Shown here one piece after another: positions 1-7,703 of a stretch of DNA of 64,000 nucleotides. Both the position numbers and the translations under genes were made by a program. Where the stretch lies: positions 117,664 through 181,663 of the IMG/VR virus record IMGVR_UViG_3300031519_006853. One strand, written 5' to 3'. This stretch comes from a virus. The number at the start of each line of letters is the position of its first letter. Position 1 is the stretch's first letter. Below the pieces are notes generated by a model. The model did no database searches, was not told the DNA's origin, and saw nothing but the letters and a program-made list of their open reading frames with translations.

Positions 1-2
1 TT

Positions 3-149
3 GCAGTAGATCATGTAGATATATTATTCTTAAGACAAGTTCTTAACGACTGGGCTTGTGATTTAGAAGAAGATAATATGTGGGCTGGTAGAACTCCTAC
101 AAGGTTAGAGAAAATAGGAATAGCTTTAGTTGGTACAATCTTTAAATAA
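3..149 (+). CDS. 3' end of a hypothetical protein (runs in from the window edge)
   Basis: Frame-3 open reading AVDHVDILFLRQVLNDWACDLEEDNMWAGRTPTRLEKIGIALVGTIFK* ends at TAA 147-149. Not in the ORF track because it has no start in the window. Confidence 0.6.
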   Translation, partial: AVDHVDILFLRQVLNDWACDLEEDNMWAGRTPTRLEKIGIALVGTIFK

Positions 150-150
150 A

Positions 151-218
151 TTGTTAATAACTTTTAAAAATAATTAGAGAAGTATGGCTACAATCGCGAA
201 AAATTGATTATATTTATA
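151..218 (+). promoter_or_regulatory. Conserved 68-bp early/host-RNAP-type promoter element (copy A)
   Basis: TTGTTAATAACTTTT...GAAAAATTGATTATATTTATA is nearly identical to 59594-59662 and related to 6234-6302. All three copies are intergenic and lie directly before a + strand operon. TATATTTA resembles the Bacteroidetes -7 box TAnnTTTG. Confidence 0.7.
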
Positions 219-244
219 CTATATTAATAATTAAAAAATAAAAC

Positions 245-550
245 ATGAGCAAGTACCAAGAACTATTACAAAACCCACCAACATTCACTGAACTTTATGA
301 TAGTGAAAATTTAAGAGAAGTTATTTTTGAACTAATTAGCTGTATGTGTGATAACAAATATACATTCAAATTAAAAAAGAATTCCGAAGGTGATTTTAAA
401 TTACATACATGCGGGTTTGCATTTAGCAATTTTTCAATCAAAAACCCTATGCATGATATTGAATGGGAAGCTGATGATAACAATTGGGGAACTGTTGTAA
501 ATATGATCAATACCGGTACATCAAAAATTAATACTGTTAAGTGTAGATAA
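245..550 (+). CDS. hypothetical protein
   Basis: 101-aa ORF directly after the promoter element, with an A-rich start context. No recognisable motif. Confidence 0.75.
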   Translation: MSKYQELLQNPPTFTELYDSENLREVIFELISCMCDNKYTFKLKKNSEGDFKLHTCGFAFSNFSIKNPMHDIEWEADDNNWGTVVNMINTGTSKINTVKCR

Positions 551-1092
551 TGAATTGTACTAAATGTAAAGAAGATATTGATTCTAGGCGACTAAAAGCT
601 TTACCACAAACTAAGGTTTGTGTAAACTGCTCAACAGAAGAGTATGTTAGTTGTGTTGATGTTATCTATCATAAAACAGGAAATACAATACAGATCATGG
701 ATAAGGAATCTGCTGATAAGATAAACAAACTTTCTAGGAGAAGCGGTTTTGGAATTATGGCAGGAATGAAAGGTAGTAGCGGTGGAGGAACCTCATCTAA
801 AGTATTAGGGAATGTTACAGTATTTAGAATACCTACCGAAGAAGATTATCAACAGACACTAAAAAGAGTAGGTGAAATGATTGATTTTACAAGTCGTGAA
901 AAATGTATTGCATACGTAGAGCGTCAATATGAAAGTAAGTTAATCAATTCTAAGCATTCTTTTAATCTTAAAACAATAATAGATACATTATTACCCTTGC
1001 CTAAAAAGGAAGAAGTTATTATAGATGAAACTTTAGATGAAGAAATACTTCATACATTTAGAAACTGGAAAAACTCAAAAATATACAGATGA
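550..1092 (+). CDS. DksA/TraR-type C4 zinc-finger protein
   Basis: N-terminal CTKC-x3-IDSRRLKALPQTKVCVNC matches the DksA/TraR finger pattern CxxC...I...RL.ALP....C..C. Confidence 0.75.
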   Translation: MNCTKCKEDIDSRRLKALPQTKVCVNCSTEEYVSCVDVIYHKTGNTIQIMDKESADKINKLSRRSGFGIMAGMKGSSGGGTSSKVLGNVTVFRIPTEEDYQQTLKRVGEMIDFTSREKCIAYVERQYESKLINSKHSFNLKTIIDTLLPLPKKEEVIIDETLDEEILHTFRNWKNSKIYR

Positions 1093-1595
1093 TAAAAAAT
1101 ATAATAATGGTACTACCTTTTGCTCTTACCCTAACAGGATCTGAGAGTAACTATAAAGAGGATATAGAAGTTATGGACAATCTTATTATTGATATTATAG
1201 AACCAGAAGTTAACCTCATTAATGGAAAGATTGATAACCGAGGAGAACTTATAACGGCTATGGCTTTTGTTGAAAGTGGTGGTAATCCTGCAACAATTGG
1301 AGATATTAATTTAGGAACACCTTCGGTAGGACTTTTACAAATTAGACCTATTATGGTTAGAGAAGTAAATAGAATATTGAGAAAACAAGGATTAGATAAA
1401 AGATTTAAAAATAGTGATAGAAAATCAGCTGATAAGTCAATTGAGATGTTTAATATCTGGGCTGATGCTTATCACTTAAATAGTTCATATGAAAAGATGG
1501 CAAGAAATTGGAATGGCGGACCTAGGGGCTATAAGAAAACTGCAACTGCTCATTATTGGACTAAAGTAACAAACTATGTAACATTAAATTTATAG
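1089..1595 (+). CDS. lytic transglycosylase / lysozyme-like (SLT-fold) protein with N-terminal hydrophobic segment
   Basis: AMAFVESGG (catalytic Glu-Ser), VGLLQI and ARNWNGGPRG...YW motifs. The N-terminus IIMVLPFALTLTG is hydrophobic. Confidence 0.75.
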   Translation: MIKNIIMVLPFALTLTGSESNYKEDIEVMDNLIIDIIEPEVNLINGKIDNRGELITAMAFVESGGNPATIGDINLGTPSVGLLQIRPIMVREVNRILRKQGLDKRFKNSDRKSADKSIEMFNIWADAYHLNSSYEKMARNWNGGPRGYKKTATAHYWTKVTNYVTLNL

Positions 1596-1739
1596 ATGCC
1601 TAAGGATTTTATAAAATGTAGTAGATGTAAAGAAACCTTTGATAGTGGTTTTGGCTATAGGATGCATTTTGATAAGCACATAGATGAATGGTACGAATCT
1701 AAAGATAAGAAAAAATATATTAAAAAAACAACACAATGA
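1596..1739 (+). CDS. 47-aa classical C2H2 zinc-finger microprotein (absent from ORF track)
   Basis: MPKDFIKCSRCKETFDSGFGYRMHFDKHIDEWYESKDKKKYIKKTTQ* gives C-x2-C-x3-F-x5-Y-x2-H-x3-H. It starts right after the upstream TAG and overlaps the next gene by ATGA. Confidence 0.8.
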   Translation: MPKDFIKCSRCKETFDSGFGYRMHFDKHIDEWYESKDKKKYIKKTTQ

Positions 1740-2182
1740 TAAAGGTAAAGGTAGTATACATGAATGGGAAAGAAACTGAATATAATGTTGAGTACCCAAA
1801 AGCATATATAGCAAAAATTATGGAAAGTGAAAATGATCTAATGCTAGACCAAAAATCTGTAAAAGAAATTTATAAAGAAGATAAACTGATTGCTAAATTT
1901 ACAAATGGATTTCTAAATGAATTGGTATTAGAAAAACCCGAGCCTAAAAAGACTGCAGGTATGGGTAAGTACAAAGGTCATACGGTTCCAGCAGGTTGTG
2001 ATGTTGGTCAACATCTAATCCCAGAAGTACAAGAGATAGAAGATAAGATTAAAGCTGAAGAAGATTGGAATGAATACCAAGCAGAAATCTTACATGCTCA
2101 AAAAATACTAAAGGAAAACTTATGGGTAACAGATCATACTGGTGGTAATGTAGATTTGAATTACATTCCTAAGTCTTTATGA
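1736..2182 (+). CDS. hypothetical protein
   Basis: 148-aa ORF coupled to the previous gene by ATGA. It is the last gene of the + operon and converges on the - strand island. Confidence 0.75.
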   Translation: MIKVKVVYMNGKETEYNVEYPKAYIAKIMESENDLMLDQKSVKEIYKEDKLIAKFTNGFLNELVLEKPEPKKTAGMGKYKGHTVPAGCDVGQHLIPEVQEIEDKIKAEEDWNEYQAEILHAQKILKENLWVTDHTGGNVDLNYIPKSL

Positions 2183-2595
2183 AGAACTTTCATAAAAGGT
2201 TTAAAGTTATGTTGACCATATTCATCTCTTAAAATTTGACCTACAGCTAATGCAAAATCAGCATAAGACATTGAGTCATCTATTTTAATCATTGCTTTAT
2301 CCATTGCTTTTGCTAAAGCTTCAGACTTTTTAGATTCAAATATATCAAAAGGAGGTACATGATTTTCATTTTGAGTTTTATCATCCTCATGTTCTTCTTC
2401 CCAGTGTGGACTTTTAATATCTTTATCTCTAGTAGGATGAACATCAAATCCTTGTCTTACTGGACTATCATACGCGTTAGTATCTTTACCATCTGCTAAG
2501 TCGTCAAACATTTGTTTAAACTGGCCAACTGTACCTTTATAATGTCTAATTGTATCTTGGTCTTTTCTTGACTGATCTTCTTCCTTTGGGTCCAT
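2161..2595 (-). CDS. hypothetical protein, possible internal head protein
   Basis: 144 aa, charged, with internal HVPPFDIFES resembling the CTS-like motif. Coupled to the upstream - strand gene. Confidence 0.65.
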   Translation of the reverse strand: MDPKEEDQSRKDQDTIRHYKGTVGQFKQMFDDLADGKDTNAYDSPVRQGFDVHPTRDKDIKSPHWEEEHEDDKTQNENHVPPFDIFESKKSEALAKAMDKAMIKIDDSMSYADFALAVGQILRDEYGQHNFKPFMKVLHKDLGM

Positions 2596-3494
2596 TACTT
2601 TTTATATTTTTGCTTAAGCTGATGTATTTGTGTTTGTATCTTTAATCTTTGCAAATCCATTTTGTCAAGTGATACTCTTAATTGATAATATTGAACGGCG
2701 AAAGGATCTTCTCTATCTTGCGCAGCTCTAAATCTTTCAATGTTTTGCTGTTCTCTTCTTTTTAATCTTTCAGCTGTTTCATTTGGATTAAATTCATGTT
2801 TAGCAGCTTCGGTAACTCCATCATTACCATCCATCGTATCGTGAACTGAATTTAGATTTTTAACTGAGTCTGAGATTTTAGAATACATCCAAGCATCTAA
2901 TGTTTGACCTTGTGACATTCTATCTTTAATCATATCAGCATAATCAGCGATTCTTTCAAGATCGGTATTTGCCATTTTATTTAAACCGCCTATAGTATCT
3001 TCACCTTCAATAACTACTGATTCATTTTCCATTACATAAACATAATCTTCACCATCTTCCTTTGCTTTCTTCTTAGCCCATTTCTGAGCATCTGGCCATG
3101 ACATCCCGTTTGGAATTTGCCACTCATCAGATCCATCACGATTATATGAGAACATCCATCCACCATATCCTTTAGGTTTCTTACCATGAGATCTTACGTA
3201 TCTTTCGGTTTCAATCTTAGCGGCTTCGGTAACTGCTGATTCACTAAATAATCTCTTACCAGTGTTATCTTCTAAATGTAATAGTGCTTTAGGATACTTT
3301 TCTTGCATTACATTAAACGTTGCAGGAGCAACATCTGGTGTACTTACTGGTTCTTGGTGTATTACCTTACCATCCTGTACAACTACAATTACTGCAGGAT
3401 AACTTCCCTGCTTTGCAGCCTTGTGTACTTTACGCCTAGATGCCTCATTTACACTAAAGGATTCAAATCCTGGTATTAAATCTATACTTGCCAT
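2595..3494 (-). CDS. modular protein with CTS-like N-terminus, putative processed internal head protein
   Basis: Starts MASIDLIPGFESFSVNE|A. Internal VTE|AA occurs twice, along with other candidate xxE| sites that separate dissimilar segments. Confidence 0.65.
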   Translation of the reverse strand: MASIDLIPGFESFSVNEASRRKVHKAAKQGSYPAVIVVVQDGKVIHQEPVSTPDVAPATFNVMQEKYPKALLHLEDNTGKRLFSESAVTEAAKIETERYVRSHGKKPKGYGGWMFSYNRDGSDEWQIPNGMSWPDAQKWAKKKAKEDGEDYVYVMENESVVIEGEDTIGGLNKMANTDLERIADYADMIKDRMSQGQTLDAWMYSKISDSVKNLNSVHDTMDGNDGVTEAAKHEFNPNETAERLKRREQQNIERFRAAQDREDPFAVQYYQLRVSLDKMDLQRLKIQTQIHQLKQKYKK

Positions 3495-3495
3495 A

Positions 3496-3981
3496 TTAAA
3501 ATGTTGAATTTATAATTAGTTCTTGGATCTCACTTATTAATTGTTTCTTCTCTCTTGATCCTTTTGGATTTCTTCCGTTAATTGCACTTATGTAATTTTT
3601 GTCAATTAAATAATCTGAAATTACTGTTGCTAATACTTTTGCTCCAGATGGTTTATCTTTTCCAGCTACTTGAACCATTGCTTCATCCATAGAACCGTAG
3701 TTTTCATATGCTCTATCCATAGATTCATTTACATGCTTCTTAGCTTCTTTAAGATATGATTCAGCTGTATGATCATTATTATCATTAGTTTCATACATGT
3801 TTGCTTGTTCAGCAATATGATTTGAACATGATTCAATAATTCCTGTAACAGGAGTCATACTATATCCAGTTTCTGGTGTTGCACCACCTAATCCAAAATT
3901 CTGGATTCCTGATTGCCCAAAACCCATAACTGCAATTTCTTCATTTACTTCGAATTTATCAAAATTTGGTATCTTACTCAT
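3496..3981 (-). CDS. protein with CTS-like N-terminus, putative internal head protein
   Basis: Starts MSKIPNFDKFEVNE|E. It is the first gene after a leftward AATATATAA motif. Confidence 0.65.
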   Translation of the reverse strand: MSKIPNFDKFEVNEEIAVMGFGQSGIQNFGLGGATPETGYSMTPVTGIIESCSNHIAEQANMYETNDNNDHTAESYLKEAKKHVNESMDRAYENYGSMDEAMVQVAGKDKPSGAKVLATVISDYLIDKNYISAINGRNPKGSREKKQLISEIQELIINSTF

Positions 3982-3990
3982 AATTAGTTT

Positions 3991-4039
3991 TATATTTGTT
4001 TATATATTTGTAAACAAACATTAAGTTGTTGCATATAAA
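3991..4039. promoter_or_regulatory. Compact divergent promoter region with 8-bp hairpin
   Basis: - strand AATATATAA (4008-4000). + strand TATATTTG twice (3991-3998, 4003-4010). AAACAA-N16-TATAAA (4012-4039). Inverted repeat TTTGTTTA 3995-4002 / TAAACAAA 4011-4018. Confidence 0.65.
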
Positions 4040-4052
4040 AATAAACACAATT

Positions 4053-4238
4053 ATGTCAGAATTTTTTAGAACAGCGATGGGTCGTAAATTAATTGATGGA
4101 GATATACCTAATTTGGTAAATGTCTTAGAAAGAATTGCAACTCAATTAGAAAGAAAAAACAAATTAGAGGAAAAGAAATTTATATTAGAAGAAAAAATCC
4201 AAAGACTTACAATAAAAGAATCAAATAAAAATGGCTAA
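4053..4238 (+). CDS. hypothetical coiled-coil protein
   Basis: The ATG at 4053 (MSEFFRTAMG...) is preferred over the track's TTG at 4026, which lies inside the promoter motif. Confidence 0.65.
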   Translation: MSEFFRTAMGRKLIDGDIPNLVNVLERIATQLERKNKLEEKKFILEEKIQRLTIKESNKNG

Positions 4239-4497
4239 AGGGGATATTACATATAAACAATTTATTGCTCACATGGATAAGGGTAGTAAAGTTTATATGA
4301 AAAAACCTAAGTCATGGCAAAAAGTCTGGTTTTGGTGGGAGAGCAAAAAAGACAAATGGTTTTTAAATAAAGCATTTGATAAAAGAACAGATGGAAGAGT
4401 AGAACCAGAGCCTTCAGTATGGATAACTGCAAAACAAATGGACTCTCATTTTAATTTTATGTCAAGACAAGGTTATAAATATCATATAGATGAATAA
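4231..4497 (+). CDS. hypothetical protein
   Basis: 88-aa basic/aromatic ORF overlapping both neighbours. Confidence 0.7.
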   Translation: MAKGDITYKQFIAHMDKGSKVYMKKPKSWQKVWFWWESKKDKWFLNKAFDKRTDGRVEPEPSVWITAKQMDSHFNFMSRQGYKYHIDE

Positions 4498-4834
4498 ATT
4501 ACTATTAGCATTTGCATTGTTCTTTACTGGGCAAGCTGCAATATGGTTTCAAACAAATGGACAATTTGTATGGCCTTGGTTTAAAAAGAATCCTTTAACA
4601 GTATCAGTTCTATTTGGTACTGCAATTAGTTACATATTAATATATGGTACTAAGTTTATGGTTGAATACTATGATGGCTTACTATGGCCAGGTAGATTTA
4701 TTGCCTTTGGGTCTGGTATTATTTCTTTTACGTTTTTAACATGGTTTTTTCTTGGTGAAGGAATTACGACTAAAACAGTAGTCTCATTATTCATAGCATG
4801 TAGTTTAATTGGTATACAACTTCTTTGGAAATAA
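4490..4834 (+). CDS. small multi-pass membrane protein, DMT/SMR-like
   Basis: 114 aa with about four hydrophobic segments. C-terminal FLTWFFLGEGIT...LFIACSLIGIQ is typical of DMT-superfamily proteins. Confidence 0.6.
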   Translation: MNKLLLAFALFFTGQAAIWFQTNGQFVWPWFKKNPLTVSVLFGTAISYILIYGTKFMVEYYDGLLWPGRFIAFGSGIISFTFLTWFFLGEGITTKTVVSLFIACSLIGIQLLWK

Positions 4835-5661
4835 TGAAAGACCCTTATAACATATTAGGAGTAGATAAATCTTCATCAGCTGATGATATTAAAAAAGCTT
4901 ATAGAAAATTAGCTAAAAAATATCACCCAGATACTACAAATGGAAATGAAGAAAAATTTAAAGAAGCAGCTGATGCATACGAAACTTTAGGTAATACTCA
5001 AAAGAAAGCACAGTATGACCAAATGCAATCTAATCCATTTGGTAATTTTGGAGGTGGTGATTTTAATGATAGTATGTTTGAAGATTTACTTAGAAATCAA
5101 AATTTTAGTGGGGCGTTTAATCAGAGGTATGGATATAATACAAAGGGTAGGAATACAACAGGTGTTTTAAGAATAACTTTAGCTGATGCTTATTACGGAA
5201 CAAGTAGGGATGTAAACATTGGAATGAAAACAATAAAACTTGATATCCCACCAGGAATACGAAATGGACAAAAGCTAAGATTAAAAGGACTAGGGCAAAG
5301 AGGCCAAACTGAAGAATTAAGCGGTGATCTTATTATGAACATTGAAGTTATAAATGATACTAACTTTTTTCTAGATAATCAAGGTTTGCATACTGTTAAG
5401 AATATAAGTATGTATGATGCCATACTTGGTGGAAAGGATTCTATTAATTGTTATGATAAAATTATATCTTTTTCAATACCAAGAGGAACTACTAATGGAA
5501 AAGTATTGAGAGTTAAAGGAAAAGGGTTTCCTGTTTATAAACAAGAAGGTAAGTATTCAGATTTACTTATAAGTGTAATAGTTGATATTCCAACTAATTT
5601 AGATAAGGAAGATGAAATATTAATTAAAAAAATTAAAGATAAGCATAATGGAAAAGGGTAA
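4834..5661 (+). CDS. dnaJ: DnaJ/CbpA-type co-chaperone (class II, no Zn finger)
   Basis: DPYNILGV...IKKAYRKLAKKYHPD J-domain, G/F-rich linker and C-terminal domain (IPPG...G..LRLKGLG...GDL). The likely start is ATG 4834, overlapping the upstream TAA; the track used TTG 4825. Confidence 0.92.
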   Translation: MKDPYNILGVDKSSSADDIKKAYRKLAKKYHPDTTNGNEEKFKEAADAYETLGNTQKKAQYDQMQSNPFGNFGGGDFNDSMFEDLLRNQNFSGAFNQRYGYNTKGRNTTGVLRITLADAYYGTSRDVNIGMKTIKLDIPPGIRNGQKLRLKGLGQRGQTEELSGDLIMNIEVINDTNFFLDNQGLHTVKNISMYDAILGGKDSINCYDKIISFSIPRGTTNGKVLRVKGKGFPVYKQEGKYSDLLISVIVDIPTNLDKEDEILIKKIKDKHNGKG

Positions 5662-5938
5662 CGGTTTTAGTGATGATTTTATTAGAAGTCTTTTACTAAC
5701 ATTAGAGCAAACAGATTTTGCTGAATTTATGAAATTATCATATCATGTAGTAATGCAGAGTCCTAGCGCAGTTTTAAAAAGAAGAGACTCTATGGAATTA
5801 AAGCTAAAAAGTATTAATGGGATGATTAAATATTTTGAAGAAACTGAAGAATATGAAAAATGTACTAATTTACAAAAATTAAAATCAATGTTATTTGTAA
5901 TTCCACCAGATGATGATGATCATAAAACTTTTAATTAA
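5648..5938 (+). CDS. hypothetical protein with UVR-like helical hairpin
   Basis: 96 aa. YFEETEEYEKCTNLQKLK resembles the UvrB/C (UVR) E.YE.A..L motif. Confidence 0.55.
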   Translation: MEKGNGFSDDFIRSLLLTLEQTDFAEFMKLSYHVVMQSPSAVLKRRDSMELKLKSINGMIKYFEETEEYEKCTNLQKLKSMLFVIPPDDDDHKTFN

Positions 5939-5967
5939 TTTTACATATAACTAATAAATCAATCAAT

Positions 5968-6138
5968 ATGAACTTTTTAGAATTTATATTTCAATCATTT
6001 TGGCATTTTATAGGATGCGTATTTCTTTTAGCTATTGTAGTTCAGTGGAAACCTTTTGTATCTTCTAGACACCAAGGTCTAACTACCAAACAATTTAATG
6101 ATATATTAGAAGAGCTTAAAAAGAAAAAGAGTAAGTAA
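5968..6138 (+). CDS. 56-aa membrane microprotein (absent from ORF track)
   Basis: MNFLEFIFQSFWHFIGCVFLLAIVVQWKPFVSSRHQGLTTKQFNDILEELKKKKSK* has one TM segment and a basic tail, and fills the gap before the tRNA. Confidence 0.65.
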   Translation: MNFLEFIFQSFWHFIGCVFLLAIVVQWKPFVSSRHQGLTTKQFNDILEELKKKKSK

Positions 6139-6145
6139 TTTTTAT

Positions 6146-6218
6146 TGTCCTATGGTGTAACTGGCAACACGTCTGTTTTTGGTACAGAAGAGTCGAGGTT
6201 CGAGCCCTTGTGGGACAA
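6146..6218 (+). tRNA. tRNA-Gln (anticodon UUG), CCA not encoded
   Basis: Cloverleaf: acceptor TGTCCTA/TGGGACA, D arm GTGT/ACAC, anticodon stem TCTGT/ACAGA with loop TT-TTG-GT, T arm CGAGG-TTCGAGC-CCTTG. The U1-A72 pair is typical of tRNA-Gln. Confidence 0.93.
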
Positions 6219-6233
6219 CTATTTGTTTTAAAA

Positions 6234-6302
6234 TTGTTAATAACTTTTTGAAAATAACGTGAATTTATAGTTCAGAACCGAGAAAATTGTATTATATTTA
6301 TA
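6234..6302 (+). promoter_or_regulatory. Early-type promoter element (diverged copy C) before DNA ligase
   Basis: Shares TTGTTAATAACTTTT, AAAATAA, GAAAA(A)TTG and ATTATATTTATA with 151-218 and 59594-59662, but the spacer has diverged. Confidence 0.6.
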
Positions 6303-6328
6303 TTATAATAAATTAAACAAAACGGAAT

Positions 6329-7630
6329 ATGACTGAACTAACAAAAAACCTAAATTATCTACAATCATTTATTGATGAAATGAATGATTCATCTTCGGGT
6401 AATTACAAAATTGAAACTATTAAGAAACACTCTGATAGTAAATTTCTACAAATGATTTTTAATTATACTTATAATCCTTATAAGAAATATAATGTAACTT
6501 CAAAAAATTGTAAAAAGAATTTTGATTTACTTGGCCATGCAAATACTTATGGTAGTATCTTTACTATATTAAATGATTTAGCAAACAGAGTTTCTACTGG
6601 GCATACTTCAATTGCAAATGTTAACAGATTTATCTTAGAAAATAAACAACATGAAACTCTTATTTATAATATTATTGATAGAGACCTTAAAATGGGTGCA
6701 TCTACCAGTTCTATTAACAAAGTAATTCCAGGATGTATACCAACATTCAAGGTTGCATTAGCAAATCCTTATAATGTAAAAAGAGTAGATTTCAAAAGTG
6801 GAGACTGGTACGGTTCTAGAAAATTAGATGGAGTTCGTTGTATTTGCCGAAAAGAAAATGATATAGTAACATTCTTTTCTAGGAGTGGTAAAGAATTTTT
6901 AACATTAGGTAATTTAGAAAATGAAATTCTAAAGATTCCAGGTAACTTTATTTTAGATGGAGAAATCTGTATGGTTGATAAAGATGGCAATGAAGATTTT
7001 CAAGGAATCATGAAACAGATTAGAAAAAAGGATCATCAAATTGAAAAACCTAAATTCTTTGTATTTGATTATTTAACCTTAGAACAATTTGATAATCAAA
7101 CTGGAACTACACCATTAACATTAAGATTAAGAAATGGTTATCATAACTTACCAAATGATGTTAACTATGATATGTTAGAATTCTTACCACAAGAACAATT
7201 AACTACCGAAGAACAATTTACTGAAATGGCAAAGGCTGCTGAAGATGCAGGATTTGAAGGAATCATGGTTAGAAAGAATGTAGGCTATGAAGGTAAAAGA
7301 AGCCATAATCTACTAAAGGTTAAAAAATTCCATGATGCAGAATATACCGTCTTAGGAACTACCAATGCATTTATCCGATGGACAGAAAATGGTAAACAAG
7401 TAGAAAGAGAATGTTTAAGTAACATTACAATTGAACATAAAGGTTGTAAAGTAAATGTAGGATCAGGATTTTCTAAAGAACAAAGAGAAATGTACTTTGA
7501 TTTTCCACAGAATATTATAGGTAAGACTGTAACAATTCAATACTTTGAGGAAACTAAAAATCAAAACGGAGGATTCAGTTTAAGGTTTCCTGTATTAAAA
7601 CATGTTTATACCAATGGCAGAGATTGCTAA
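6329..7630 (+). CDS. lig: ATP-dependent DNA ligase
   Basis: SRKLDGVR (motif I), ILDGEI (III), FFVFD (IIIa), EGIMVR (IV), LLKVK (V), and a C-terminal OB fold ending in LRFPV. Confidence 0.95.
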   Translation: MTELTKNLNYLQSFIDEMNDSSSGNYKIETIKKHSDSKFLQMIFNYTYNPYKKYNVTSKNCKKNFDLLGHANTYGSIFTILNDLANRVSTGHTSIANVNRFILENKQHETLIYNIIDRDLKMGASTSSINKVIPGCIPTFKVALANPYNVKRVDFKSGDWYGSRKLDGVRCICRKENDIVTFFSRSGKEFLTLGNLENEILKIPGNFILDGEICMVDKDGNEDFQGIMKQIRKKDHQIEKPKFFVFDYLTLEQFDNQTGTTPLTLRLRNGYHNLPNDVNYDMLEFLPQEQLTTEEQFTEMAKAAEDAGFEGIMVRKNVGYEGKRSHNLLKVKKFHDAEYTVLGTTNAFIRWTENGKQVERECLSNITIEHKGCKVNVGSGFSKEQREMYFDFPQNIIGKTVTIQYFEETKNQNGGFSLRFPVLKHVYTNGRDC

Positions 7631-7703
7631 TCACAGACACCTTTTAAGTACATCTAGTGAATTAATCCAACTTTGTTGATAAATAATAAAAGGAAAATTT
7701 AAA

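Noticed and set aside
4026-4833. ORF-track TTG starts at 4026 and 4825
   Set aside because: ATG 4053 lies downstream of the promoter motif, and ATG 4834 overlaps the upstream stop and begins the J-domain, so both are more plausible.
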